Shown: positions 25,611 to 35,259, counted from the first letter of the stretch. The stretch is DNA of 60,725 nt from Parcubacteria group bacterium (GCA_016217555.1 JACRHW010000008.1:1-60725), one strand, 5' to 3'. Numbers and translations: made by a program. Notes: generated from the sequence alone by a model not told the origin.

Positions 25611-28600
25611 GTAGAGAAGGGATAAACAATAAGGAGAGCATTTTTTCTTTCGAAGACCCTGCTTTTTATGAGAAGAGAGATCTTGGAGGTGTTGAGGTAT
25701 CTTTTCCAAAAGGGGAGGCACTTAGCCATTTATTTGCAGGTAGGGGGTTTTCGCCCGAAGGAAAGGCTTTTGCTGATAAGTTTTTTAAGGAAGTAACACA
25801 CGAGGCACCAAAAGAAGACCAAGCCTCCCTCTTTGAGGTTGTGCATAGTTTGCTCTCTGATGAGGGGGAAGAGGGGGCATTAAAAAAACTCTTACAGCAG
25901 TCGGCAAAACTTCGTTTTAAGCCGTTGGAATCTTATAGAGTACCAGCAGAAGAAAAAAGGGAGGCCTCTTTTGATGATCCCGCTTCTTATGAAAAGAAAA
26001 ATCTAGGTGGTGTTGAGGTAACTCTTCCCAAAGAGGGTGCGCTCGAACAACTATTTTCGGGAAAAAGGTTTTCTGCAGAAGGACGCCAGTTTGCGAAGCA
26101 TTTTTTTGGTGAGGTGATGCGTGAAATTCCTGAGGGATTTGATATTCAGGATATTCAAGGTTTTTTTGAAACAGTATGTGACCAACTTCCACAAGGGGGT
26201 AAGGAGGGGTTGCTGCGAAAATTTCTCTATCAATCAGCAAAATTTCGTCTTGAACACGTTGAGAAGACAAAGTGTATTGAAGAGCTTCAGGCTTCAAATT
26301 CTCCCCTCGCTGGTCTTCTCGGCACTCTACAAACTCGCTATGAAAAAATTCCTGCGCAGTTTTCTCGTAATTTTATTGCCTCTTCGGTAGCAAACTCAAA
26401 GAAACTTCTCAATAAACTCACTAGTGAAATGGTGAGAGAGGATGGAACTGTACTTTCTGGGGGGATAGGAAAGGGGGTGTTGTCTGCATTTCTTGAGAAT
26501 AAATTTTCGCAAGCCTTAAAGAAGGAATTAGAATCTTCACTTACCGCGTCTCTTAAAGAGGTAATGTCGAAGACGATGGCGTCTTTTGATACATCTTCTC
26601 TTCGTGAGGAGTTCCGTGGACAAATAGCTAGTGTTTCGAACCTAAGAAGTGTTGAAGATGCTATCGTTTCTTCTCGAGCACTTTCTAATAACCGTACAAC
26701 CATCGTATTCGAAGAGCCTATTGTGGTTGTTGAACACGAAGAGGTGTTGGAGGAACAAGGGGATACTGAGGTTATTGCGAGAGACACCGAAGAAGTTGTG
26801 GATTTAGCACCCAATCCGTCTAAGGAGGAGGCCGGTAGTGAAAAAGCTGAAGAAAAAAAGGATGAGCCTGAAGTGCTTGATGAGGTTGCTCATCAAGAGC
26901 AGGTACCTCTGTCTCAGATTATTTTAGATAGTAATGGCATTCCTGGTGTACGCCAAGAGACGATAGTACTTCCCCCTCCTGTGTTTGGAGAGGATTTAGG
27001 GAAGATTCGTATGCTGCGTACGTTAGGTACAGAATATTATCGCAGGGCACTTCATGCTCTTCGTCGATTGGTTTCTGGAAGTAACGATGAAAGCGACCGC
27101 AGGGATTTGGACAAGGATGTGGCATGGGAATCTAATAACCTTAGGTGGAAACAAGAATACTTGGAACAGTTACTGAGGGAGACACTCAAGAATGATTTTG
27201 ATGAGGATTTAGTATCTCTTCGAGATATGCGTGGTAGGGATAGAAAAGAGTACGAGAGGGCATTAGAAATGTATGGGAGGGCGATGGAGGATAATAGCGT
27301 GAGAGACGTGGTGTGCACCGAGTGGCAAACAGAAGATATACAGAGATTTCTACAAATCTTAAAATCCGAGGATGAGGCGATTGGCCAGGAAGAGCAAAGA
27401 AATGAAAATGTTTCAGGGATTTTAAACCACGAAGAAGTAGATGCATCTTCACTGTTAGAAGGGGCTGTCTCTGAGAGACGGCCTGAGGTGTTACCTAAAA
27501 AGGGTTGGCTTGGTAAATTTAGAACAAAAGCAGCTTTGGCGGGTCTTTCTGCGCTTCTTGTGTTGGGTTCATATGTGCCTGGTTTTCAAAAACCTCAAGG
27601 AAATCCAATGCCTGTCGGCGACCGAACGGTTGTTACGGAAACGCTTACCCCGAGAGTAGAAGCTGCTGTTGACCCAAGGCAAATATTGAAGGGTATCGAG
27701 GCGCCTATTGAGAATGAAGTAGTTATATCCAAAGATCAGCTTTTGCGCCTAGAGCACGAAGGATTGCTTACGTTAAAAAGTGGAACTATTTTATATACTG
27801 AGGATATTGTGCGTTATCTCGATCAACTTACTCGGCAGCTTTCTTCAAAACAATTGACGCCCGAGACAACACAGAGGTTTGTAGACACCTACCGCCTACT
27901 AAAAAGTGGAAAGATTCTTAATCCCCAAGCGGTTAAATTTCAAATCGTCGAAGAGAATAACCAGATAAGTTTAAGACCTGTAGATTTTGTCGGCCCATTG
28001 GCAGTTAAAGAAAAGCTTAGTACCGATGTTTTGGTGGTGGGGGGGGAGTTAGAGTCTGTCGAAATAGCTGTAGCCTCTGCAAAAAAAGGAAAGAACGTGA
28101 CCGTTCTCTATTCAGGGGCTTTGGGGGGATTAAGTTCAGAGGAGGGTGGCAATATGCGTTACTTTGATCGTGTGGATCAGGCTACTGTTACACCTGCTAT
28201 GCAAGAAATCTTTGATGTTCTTGGTATGAAGGGAGACGCTCGTTTTATGATTCCCGACAATGTATCGGGCCGTCTTACTGAGCTTATGCATCGTTACCCA
28301 AATATTCATATTGTTTCCACAGAAACACTTGCAAGTATGTATGTTGTTAAGGAGGATGATCGTATAAAAACGGTAACTACAGGGGAAGGTGTTGAGATCA
28401 CTCCTGGGGCTGTCGTGGAATCTTCTCCGGATGGGGTTTTTGCTGAGAAGGCGGGAGTTCCTTTTACTGTGGACACACTAAATATTTCTTATGGTGCAAT
28501 ATTTGATGCAGATGGCATACGTCAGGAGGATTTAAAAAAATTGTCTCAGATGTCTCCATCGTCTGTTCTTGGATTAGCTGGTGTGACCGAACAGGAACTT

Positions 28601-29584
28601 GCCGCCCATCCAGAACTTTTGAAGGAGTATCAGGAGTTATTAAAGATACCTTCCGGAGCTAACACTGTTGGTACTCATGCAAGTTGGGGGTATCGTTCGT
28701 TTGGAAATTGCTTTAATTTTTATCTTAAAGTACTTGCATTAAAAAATCCGGGTGATACTTTACTCCAAGAAGGCAATGCAAGACGTATTGTTGATGGTTT
28801 TAATGTCGCCACCCGTGAAAGCGGTAATGGATGGAAGGCGACTTTTAATAGTCTTAGCTACAATTCTGATAAGTCATATCATCAGGGTGATCATAATTTG
28901 AGGGAAGATAATGATCTTTTATCTCAGATTGCACGATCTGATCTCGCCCGTATGCAAGAGTTTTTGAGGAATGTGACGGGAAATTCTGGAATAAACGTTG
29001 TTGTCCCAAAAGAAGTTTATGTGAGACAGGCGGGAAAGAATTTTCAAACTCCAGAGATGCTTACGGTTGAAAAACGAACAGTTTCTTCAGGTACTTCCCA
29101 GTTTCGTTACCCAGATGATGCGCGTGGTATCGGGGAAAGGTTTCCAAATGACGTGGTTTCGGGATCTCATTTCGGGGTCTTGGATGAGTTGCATGGTGAT
29201 AAGCCAATCAATTGGCATGTTTCTGCACAGCACACAAGAGCAGGAACGAATTTTTATATTGTAAGTAAGGGGGGTGGGGTGGAACCAATTCTCACACCAA
29301 TGTATCGAATTGTACATAATCTAATGCTTGTAGGAGATGAAGTTGTTGCGCATATTGACGATGAAGGATATTGGAAGACATCAATAAAAGGAGGACAGTT
29401 GCCTAGTGAGCATAAGTCTATTGATACAGCAAGGAATGCTATTTCGTATGGTGATCCAACATCGCCATCGCGTGTCTATATGTCCGTAGTTCCCAATAGA
29501 GATAATGTGGGGAATAAGGAGATGGGGGCACGTATCGTGATTGTTGATACAAACAATTTTGATGCCGTAGTGTATCAAGCCTAA
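25607..29584 (+). CDS. 1325-aa membrane protein with tandem N-terminal repeats, a central TM helix and a C-terminal FAD-oxidoreductase-like domain with a degenerate dinucleotide motif
   Basis: Two units of roughly 108 aa (SFEDPAFYEKRDLGGVEV.. and SFDDPASYEKKNLGGVEV..). TM helix AALAGLSALLVLGSYVPGF. DVLVVGGELESVEIAVASAKKGKNVTVLYSGALGGL resembles FAD_oxidored-type Rossmann starts, but GGGxxG is replaced by GGELES. Confidence 0.65.
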   Translation: MSREGINNKESIFSFEDPAFYEKRDLGGVEVSFPKGEALSHLFAGRGFSPEGKAFADKFFKEVTHEAPKEDQASLFEVVHSLLSDEGEEGALKKLLQQSAKLRFKPLESYRVPAEEKREASFDDPASYEKKNLGGVEVTLPKEGALEQLFSGKRFSAEGRQFAKHFFGEVMREIPEGFDIQDIQGFFETVCDQLPQGGKEGLLRKFLYQSAKFRLEHVEKTKCIEELQASNSPLAGLLGTLQTRYEKIPAQFSRNFIASSVANSKKLLNKLTSEMVREDGTVLSGGIGKGVLSAFLENKFSQALKKELESSLTASLKEVMSKTMASFDTSSLREEFRGQIASVSNLRSVEDAIVSSRALSNNRTTIVFEEPIVVVEHEEVLEEQGDTEVIARDTEEVVDLAPNPSKEEAGSEKAEEKKDEPEVLDEVAHQEQVPLSQIILDSNGIPGVRQETIVLPPPVFGEDLGKIRMLRTLGTEYYRRALHALRRLVSGSNDESDRRDLDKDVAWESNNLRWKQEYLEQLLRETLKNDFDEDLVSLRDMRGRDRKEYERALEMYGRAMEDNSVRDVVCTEWQTEDIQRFLQILKSEDEAIGQEEQRNENVSGILNHEEVDASSLLEGAVSERRPEVLPKKGWLGKFRTKAALAGLSALLVLGSYVPGFQKPQGNPMPVGDRTVVTETLTPRVEAAVDPRQILKGIEAPIENEVVISKDQLLRLEHEGLLTLKSGTILYTEDIVRYLDQLTRQLSSKQLTPETTQRFVDTYRLLKSGKILNPQAVKFQIVEENNQISLRPVDFVGPLAVKEKLSTDVLVVGGELESVEIAVASAKKGKNVTVLYSGALGGLSSEEGGNMRYFDRVDQATVTPAMQEIFDVLGMKGDARFMIPDNVSGRLTELMHRYPNIHIVSTETLASMYVVKEDDRIKTVTTGEGVEITPGAVVESSPDGVFAEKAGVPFTVDTLNISYGAIFDADGIRQEDLKKLSQMSPSSVLGLAGVTEQELAAHPELLKEYQELLKIPSGANTVGTHASWGYRSFGNCFNFYLKVLALKNPGDTLLQEGNARRIVDGFNVATRESGNGWKATFNSLSYNSDKSYHQGDHNLREDNDLLSQIARSDLARMQEFLRNVTGNSGINVVVPKEVYVRQAGKNFQTPEMLTVEKRTVSSGTSQFRYPDDARGIGERFPNDVVSGSHFGVLDELHGDKPINWHVSAQHTRAGTNFYIVSKGGGVEPILTPMYRIVHNLMLVGDEVVAHIDDEGYWKTSIKGGQLPSEHKSIDTARNAISYGDPTSPSRVYMSVVPNRDNVGNKEMGARIVIVDTNNFDAVVYQA
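25637..26282 (+). repeat. Tandem duplication (2 units of about 320 nt) inside the 1325-aa ORF
   Basis: The protein-level repeat is visible by eye. Units are diverged, not identical. Confidence 0.7.
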
Positions 29585-29717
29585 ATTTTTTTAAGGTTGA
29601 ATTATCAAGACAAAGTGTGATACAGTAGGTTTAGTTTATCTAGGTTCCGGCATAGCTTAGTGATGGAGATGAAAAGCGAATTGTTTCATTCTTCATCGCT
29701 GTCAAAAACTTCAGTGC

Positions 29718-29789
29718 TCCGGCGTAGCTCAGCGGTAGAGCTGCTCGCTGTTAACGAGAGGGTCGCAGGTTCGAATCCTGCCGCCGGAG
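29718..29789 (+). tRNA. tRNA-Asn (anticodon GTT), no encoded CCA
   Basis: Acceptor TCCGGCG/CGCCGGA, D arm GCTC-AGCGGTA-GAGC, anticodon loop CTGTTAA, T arm GCAGG-TTCGAAT-CCTGC, discriminator G. Flanked by a 13-nt complementary leader and trailer. Confidence 0.88.
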
Positions 29790-30151
29790 CACTGAAGTTT
29801 TCGCTAAAAAAAGTTCGGATTTCGTTCAGCGTTTGGAGCAAAAACAAAAAGATCACCCTTGCGGTGGTGTTTTTGTTTTTTAAATAAAACGATAAGGTAA
29901 GGTACTTTATGGCACTGTTTTTTATTGGTCGATAAGAGGGTAGATGGAGTAGGGAAAAAAGGCGATGTGTTTATGGTTTCGAAATATTGAAACACAGTTT
30001 AGTATTATTGAAAATATTTATCCACTTTGATTTTTGTGTTGTAGTTTTATACTATAAGAGATAATGGTCGACATGTGTTTGTTGTAGAGACGATATAAAA
30101 ATTTTTTTTCGACATCGAATGTCGATTTATTTATTAATAATGTAATAGATA

Positions 30152-31696
30152 ATGATTAAAATGAAATCGTTTAAGTTTTTGGCTTTGTTTTCAATTGCAG
30201 GTATGTTACTCGGTGGTTTTCCTGTGTTTGCGCAGACCGCAACGGTTGCGCCATCTTCTTCGCAGGCATTAATCCAGTCGCTCCAAAATCAAATCAGTGT
30301 TTTACAGGCACAACTTGACGCGTTAAGAAAGGCTCAGTCGCAAGTTGTGGGAACAGTAAATGATATTCAAGGAACTCTTAGGCTCATCAATCAACTTCGA
30401 GAGGGAAGTTCTGGCGAAGAGGTAAGGTTGCTTCAAGCCATTCTTGCTTCAAATCCTGAAATTTATCCCGAAGGTCTTATTAGTGGATTTTATGGAAAAC
30501 TTACTTCGAAGGCAATAAAAAGATTTCAAAAGTTATATGGTCTTGACCAGGTAGGGAGGGTTGGCAAAAAAACTCTTGAAAAACTTAATGATGAACTTAG
30601 AAAAAATCCTCTTATTAAGGAGGTTGGAGAGGGTCATGAGGATAGAATTTGTGCCATTGTTCCACCGGGACACCTTATTGCTCCTGGGTGGTTGCGTAAA
30701 CACGATGGTGTTCGTTCCATTGTTCCTCAGTGCCAGAAACTTCCTCCTGGAATTAAGGAATTACTTGAAGGCAAAAAAGCTACAACTACACCACCTATTG
30801 TGGATGTTACTCCACCCACGCTTTCAAATCTTGCGGTAAGTGTTACTAATACGAGTGTACTCGTCATGTGGAGAACGGATGAAAAGTCTACTAGTAAGGT
30901 GTGGTATAGCACAATAAGTCCTGTCGTTGCGACAAGTACTACACCGATGGTAAGCTCTGCTTCTTTTATGAGAGAGCACGCGCTTGTAATAAGTGGTTTG
31001 CTTAGCGGCACAACTTATTATTATGTGGTTGAATCCGTTGATATGTCTGGTAATAAAAGTGTGTCGGCACAGCAATCTTTTATAACATTGCAGACACCAG
31101 ATGTTTCAGTCCCTCTTATTTCTGGAGTAACTGCTACGAGTACGAATGCAACTACTACCCGTATTATTTGGAATACTAATGAGGTGGCAAATAGTAAGGT
31201 TTGGTACAGTACAAGTACTTCTGTTATGGCCACTGGTACTACACCGGTGGTAAGCGATTCGAGTTTTGTTACAAGCCATAATATGGCTCTTGTGGGTCTT
31301 GTGGCGAGTACTACGTATTATTATCGAGTCGAATCAGCTGATGGGGTGGGGAACGTGAGTGTGTCGGATCAACAATCCTTCGTGACACAACAACCTTCTG
31401 ATGTAACGCCCCCAACAATTTCTGGGATAGTAGCAACAAGTACAATGGCTACTTCGACACGCATCGTGTGGTCTACTAATGAGGTGGCCACAAGTAAAGT
31501 ATCATATAGTACTTCATCCCCTGTAGTAGTGAGTACTGCTTCTACGGTGAGTGATGCGGCGTTTCTTCTCAATCATGACATAACGCTTCAGAACCTTATG
31601 GCAAGCAGTACTTATTATTATGTCGCTATTTCTTCTGATGTTGCAGGCAACAGCGCTACTTCAGCAGAAGCTTCTTTTGTCACCCTCGGACAATAA
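30152..31696 (+). CDS. Secreted protein with a peptidoglycan-binding (PG_binding_1-like) domain and three FN3-like repeats
   Basis: Signal peptide. GEEVRLLQAILA...GFYGKLTSKAIKRFQKLYGLDQVGRVGKKTLEKL, then three units of about 100 aa (..W.T.E...SKVWYST......TTYYY.VES.D..GN). Confidence 0.72.
   Translation: MIKMKSFKFLALFSIAGMLLGGFPVFAQTATVAPSSSQALIQSLQNQISVLQAQLDALRKAQSQVVGTVNDIQGTLRLINQLREGSSGEEVRLLQAILASNPEIYPEGLISGFYGKLTSKAIKRFQKLYGLDQVGRVGKKTLEKLNDELRKNPLIKEVGEGHEDRICAIVPPGHLIAPGWLRKHDGVRSIVPQCQKLPPGIKELLEGKKATTTPPIVDVTPPTLSNLAVSVTNTSVLVMWRTDEKSTSKVWYSTISPVVATSTTPMVSSASFMREHALVISGLLSGTTYYYVVESVDMSGNKSVSAQQSFITLQTPDVSVPLISGVTATSTNATTTRIIWNTNEVANSKVWYSTSTSVMATGTTPVVSDSSFVTSHNMALVGLVASTTYYYRVESADGVGNVSVSDQQSFVTQQPSDVTPPTISGIVATSTMATSTRIVWSTNEVATSKVSYSTSSPVVVSTASTVSDAAFLLNHDITLQNLMASSTYYYVAISSDVAGNSATSAEASFVTLGQ
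30800..31690 (+). repeat. Three tandem units of about 300 nt encoding the FN3-like modules
   Basis: Protein repeats are visible by eye. DNA identity is partial. Confidence 0.7.
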
Positions 31697-31724
31697 GACG
31701 TAAGGTAAACAAGGTAAAGAAAAA

Positions 31725-31749
31725 GAACCCCCTCTCGTGGGGTTCTTTT
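31725..31749 (+). terminator. Intrinsic terminator
   Basis: GAACCCC-ctctcgt-GGGGTTC followed by TTTT. Confidence 0.75.
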
Positions 31750-31852
31750 GCGGGCGAATATATAAATGGTTTTTATTTCTGTTGTGGGGCGGATTTAGCG
31801 TATATTGATAGATGATAGGCCATGGATTAGAATGTGAGTATTAAAAATAATC

Positions 31853-32341
31853 ATGAAACGAGGTTTATTAATATTTTTAAAGCTAGTAATTATACTTATC
31901 GGCATTGTGGCGCTTTTGGTTATGGTCCGTTTTCCCTTGACCGAGGGGAGGGCCATAAACTTAGATTTGTTTAGTATTTACTCCGATCCGTTTATCCTGT
32001 ACGGGTACGCAGCATCTCTCCCATTTTTTATTGTGCTATATCAAGCATCTAAACTGCTCGGATATATTGAGCAAAATAAGTTTTCACTAGGTTCTGTGAA
32101 AGCCTTGAGGGCTATAAAGCACAGCGCAATCATACAAAGTCTCCTAATTATAATGGCGGTACTGTACATAATGACATCTCACAATAAAGACGACGATCCG
32201 GCTGGCTTTATTGTCATAGGTACTTTGGCTACTTTTATTTTCGTTGTAATCGCAACCGCAGCCTCTGTTTTTGAAAAATTTTCAAAAAGTGCCGTAGATA
32301 CAAAGCCCGAGAACGATTCAACGCCAAAGAAGCTAGTATGA
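31853..32341 (+). CDS. Integral membrane protein (about 4 TM), unknown function
   Basis: 162-aa ORF with four hydrophobic segments. No motif recognised. Confidence 0.5.
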   Translation: MKRGLLIFLKLVIILIGIVALLVMVRFPLTEGRAINLDLFSIYSDPFILYGYAASLPFFIVLYQASKLLGYIEQNKFSLGSVKALRAIKHSAIIQSLLIIMAVLYIMTSHNKDDDPAGFIVIGTLATFIFVVIATAASVFEKFSKSAVDTKPENDSTPKKLV

Positions 32342-32768
32342 CAATGCAGGCACTAGAGTGGGCGATTTCTGAAGTGTATATGTGGATGTAGATAGAATTT
32401 TCAGTCTGAAAGTTCTAGGTTGAATTTACGCTGCCAATTGAGACGGCTTTAATTTCGTTTGATGTCTGAAAAAGTATTGACAGGTTATATAATGTGTGTA
32501 CACTTAAAATAATGAATAAGTTACAAATAATAGTTTGCCAGCGGGGAAGGAGAACTCAAATTTACTTTGAGGTCGCCTTTTATTGCTTAAATAGTAACTT
32601 TTAATAGCTATAAACAATAAAATCTTGAACACTAAAAAGCGATCTTAAGGTAAGGTCGCTTTTTTCGTACTTGTACCTTGAAAACAAAATAGAAAGGAGG
32701 ATATGTGGTGCCGCAAGAGGTTGGACACGTTCATGTGGTATCTATTCTGCGGAGGGAGGAGAATCGTC

Positions 32769-33263
32769 ATGATCTACAAAGAAATAACCACTGAAATGCT
32801 TAAGGAGTTGGAACGTAAAATGCAAAGCGAAAAATCATTGCTTGGTGGACAGTTAGGGTTTGAGTCGTTGCAAAAGGCATTGCAAGAAAATCGCGCGGTC
32901 TGCATCGCAAAAGGCGCTGAAATAATTGCCTTTGGTGCGCTTTGGCCTCGCGAAAATTGTATTGAACTTGGCTCATTGTGGGTAGCGACTAATCATCGGA
33001 ATCAAAAACTTGGTTCGCAAACATTCAATTCTCTTGTTGGTATGGTCCCCGTCGGTTCTGTGTTTTTTCTCATTACACATGAACCTGCTGTTGTGCATCT
33101 TGCTACTAAGCACGGGATGATAGAGGCTTCAGCGGGGAACTGGACGGAAGTGGTTCCGTGGTCAGCAAGTTGTGGGCCGTGCGATCGACTCTGTGAAAAT
33201 CAAAAAATAACGTGTCCATTTCGAGCGGTGAGTCTTGAGTGCCGCATGTTCCTCAAAAAATAG
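32769..33263 (+). CDS. GNAT-family N-acetyltransferase (probable)
   Basis: Start at ATG 32769 after GGAGGGAGGAG. IELGSLWVATNHRNQKLGSQTFNSLV resembles GNAT motif A (R/Q-x-x-G-x-G/A). Confidence 0.55.
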   Translation: MIYKEITTEMLKELERKMQSEKSLLGGQLGFESLQKALQENRAVCIAKGAEIIAFGALWPRENCIELGSLWVATNHRNQKLGSQTFNSLVGMVPVGSVFFLITHEPAVVHLATKHGMIEASAGNWTEVVPWSASCGPCDRLCENQKITCPFRAVSLECRMFLKK

Positions 33264-33331
33264 AGGTAGGGTGCCGACATGTATGTGTCGGCGCCCCGCC
33301 TTCTCTTTAGTAATTTAAAATTTTAAATCTT

Positions 33332-34318
33332 ATGAAATATCAAAAAAAGAGCATGGCGATACAGCAGCTCGCAAATGGTGAAATAGTGAAAATTTATGCG
33401 CATATTTTTACGAGTAGCAAACCGGGACCTACGATATATGTTCAAGGGAATCTGCACGGACCAGAGGTTTTCGGTACTGCATTGCTTATTGAGTTAGTAC
33501 AAGAAATGAAGAAGAATAAAGATTTCAAGGGGAAAATCGTTATTGTTCCATGCGCGAACCCAATGGGCGTAAATAATGTCGTCTATAATGGTATAACCGG
33601 CAGATGGAATCAACAGAGCGGGACTAATTGGAACAGAATATTTTCGATTTCTCCTCTTAAGAATCGCCAAGAAGAAATTGTATTCTATGACAATCTACTA
33701 AAGATAGAAAAGCTATCTATTGAATCAAAATTGGCCGCAATGTTGCGTTCTTTGTCCGCGGGCGCTGATTACGTACTCGATATTCACACAACAGGAATCT
33801 TTAACACGGATCATTTGTTTACCTACTCATGGATGAGTGAAGATTTTTCGGCACTGCAGGCTCCTGTCCATCTTTTACTTGATCCAAAGACGACAGTATG
33901 TGCTTTTGACGAGTCACATGTAATTCCTTTCCTAAAATCGTTGACAAAGAAAGAGGTACCTAAGGTAGCAACGTGGGAGGCACACAGCCATGGGTATTTT
34001 GACAACTTAATACTAAAGCAGCGACTGTCTCAGTTGTTAAATTGGTTAAGAAATACGTGGGGAAACGAAAGCAAACAAAATAATAAACCGGCCATATTTA
34101 AACAATATGCTCATTTAACCGCTCCTGTCGCGGGCTATTATTGTTGGACTAAAAAAGTTGGAGAAAGAGTTTGCGCGGGAGAATCGTATGCAAGGGTCTA
34201 TCAACCCAACAGTGGCGATTTTGTATTCGCAAAGGCCGAAAACGATTTTGTATTACTTGGAATATATGGTGTTGTCGCAACGGCTTCCGGTGAACAAATT
34301 GGTTGGGTGGCTAAATAA
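33332..34318 (+). CDS. Succinylglutamate desuccinylase/aspartoacylase (AstE/AspA, M14-like) family protein
   Basis: IYVQGNLHGPEVFG (H-x-x-E zinc ligands), VIVPCANPMG and LDIHTTG. Confidence 0.7.
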   Translation: MKYQKKSMAIQQLANGEIVKIYAHIFTSSKPGPTIYVQGNLHGPEVFGTALLIELVQEMKKNKDFKGKIVIVPCANPMGVNNVVYNGITGRWNQQSGTNWNRIFSISPLKNRQEEIVFYDNLLKIEKLSIESKLAAMLRSLSAGADYVLDIHTTGIFNTDHLFTYSWMSEDFSALQAPVHLLLDPKTTVCAFDESHVIPFLKSLTKKEVPKVATWEAHSHGYFDNLILKQRLSQLLNWLRNTWGNESKQNNKPAIFKQYAHLTAPVAGYYCWTKKVGERVCAGESYARVYQPNSGDFVFAKAENDFVLLGIYGVVATASGEQIGWVAK

Positions 34319-34389
34319 AATATCGTCCCCGTGGCGGTTTTTATTATCCCATAAAATCTACAGGCGGAGGCTCGTGGAGATTTGAGGAT

Positions 34390-34427
34390 TGTACAAATGG
34401 CACTATGCGTGTTATTTTTTGTTTAGT
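34390..34427 (+). promoter_or_regulatory. R5 palindromic promoter/hairpin module, copy a
   Basis: TGTACA-N17-TATTTT overlapping the hairpin AAATGGCAC-tatgc-GTGTTATTT (two G-T pairs), followed by TTTGTTTAG and AAAGGAGG. Confidence 0.6.
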
Positions 34428-34461
34428 CTTATTAAAAATCAGAGAAAGGAGGAGATATCTA

Positions 34462-34773
34462 ATGAGTTTATACCCACATAGTAGAGAAAGGATCAAAGAG
34501 GTTATTGTAAACAAATATCAAAATGCGGTAGTTCCAAAGAGACTTGATTGTATCGATCTCGTCTCTGCTGCAAAATCAACAGCGATACGAAGAAGTGTGG
34601 CTGGACACATTCTTTGGATGCTTGAAGAAGTTGGTACTATGCCAGAGGAGAAATCTGGAAAGGCGGGAAGATGGATGGGATGGATTTATGCCTGTTTGGA
34701 GACATGGGGGTTTATAACCAATATCGATTCTCGTGATATGGCAAGAGTTGATGCCCATAACCACAACGATTAG
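34462..34773 (+). CDS. Hypothetical protein (103 aa)
   Basis: ATG 34462 lies 8 nt after AAAGGAGGAG; the longer track ORF begins inside the R5 element. No family recognised. Confidence 0.45.
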   Translation: MSLYPHSRERIKEVIVNKYQNAVVPKRLDCIDLVSAAKSTAIRRSVAGHILWMLEEVGTMPEEKSGKAGRWMGWIYACLETWGFITNIDSRDMARVDAHNHND

Positions 34774-34787
34774 GGTGGAAGTGGATA

Positions 34788-34826
34788 TTTACAAATAGCA
34801 CGCGCAGTGTTATTTTTTGTTTAGGT
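34788..34826 (+). promoter_or_regulatory. R5 module, copy b
   Basis: TTTACA-N17-TATTTT with hairpin AAATAGCAC-gcgca-GTGTTATTT, then TTTGTTTAGGTTGTTGAAAAGGAGG. Confidence 0.6.
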
Positions 34827-34847
34827 TGTTGAAAAGGAGGAAAGAAG

Positions 34848-35132
34848 ATGGATATGGAAGATTGTCTCAAAGCATGTGAAGAAATTGCGAAGAAAAGAGG
34901 AATCACCGTAGAAGAACTTGATAGAGAGTTTGAAGAAAGTTTAGAAAAAGTTAGACGAGAGGAATCAGAACGAACGATGGACTGTCTAGGCTATGCACAC
35001 CATGATTATCTTCAGGCAACTGGTACGTTATCAACAGAATCTTGGATACATATTCTCGATTGCAAATATTGTGAGCGACGGGTGAGAACATTGTTGGGTT
35101 TGCCTGGGACCGAAAAAGATAAAAACAATTAA
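34848..35132 (+). CDS. Hypothetical acidic protein (94 aa) with a C-terminal CxxC
   Basis: ORF directly after R5 copy b and an SD. No family recognised. Confidence 0.45.
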   Translation: MDMEDCLKACEEIAKKRGITVEELDREFEESLEKVRREESERTMDCLGYAHHDYLQATGTLSTESWIHILDCKYCERRVRTLLGLPGTEKDKNN

Positions 35133-35162
35133 TGCGCACACCTTCCAGATGGAGTAGCGCCG

Positions 35163-35182
35163 GCCGAGATTCTCGGCTTTTT
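35163..35182 (+). terminator. Intrinsic terminator of the CGAGAT-ATCTCG type
   Basis: GCCGAG-att-CTCGGC followed by TTTTT. Confidence 0.75.
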
Positions 35183-35259
35183 ATTTTATCAAACATATCA
35201 ATTTTTCTTTGCTACTTTTTACCAAAGCGCAGATTTCAAAAAGTTCGGAAAAGAGGGTA

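Noticed and set aside
29643-29700. tRNA-like 5' half (TCCGGCATAGCTTAGTGATGGAG..) just upstream of tRNA-Asn.
   Set aside because: It resembles only the acceptor and D-arm of tRNA-Asn (about 18/24). It has no anticodon arm or TTCGAAT T-loop. It may be a decayed partial duplicate but is not a gene.
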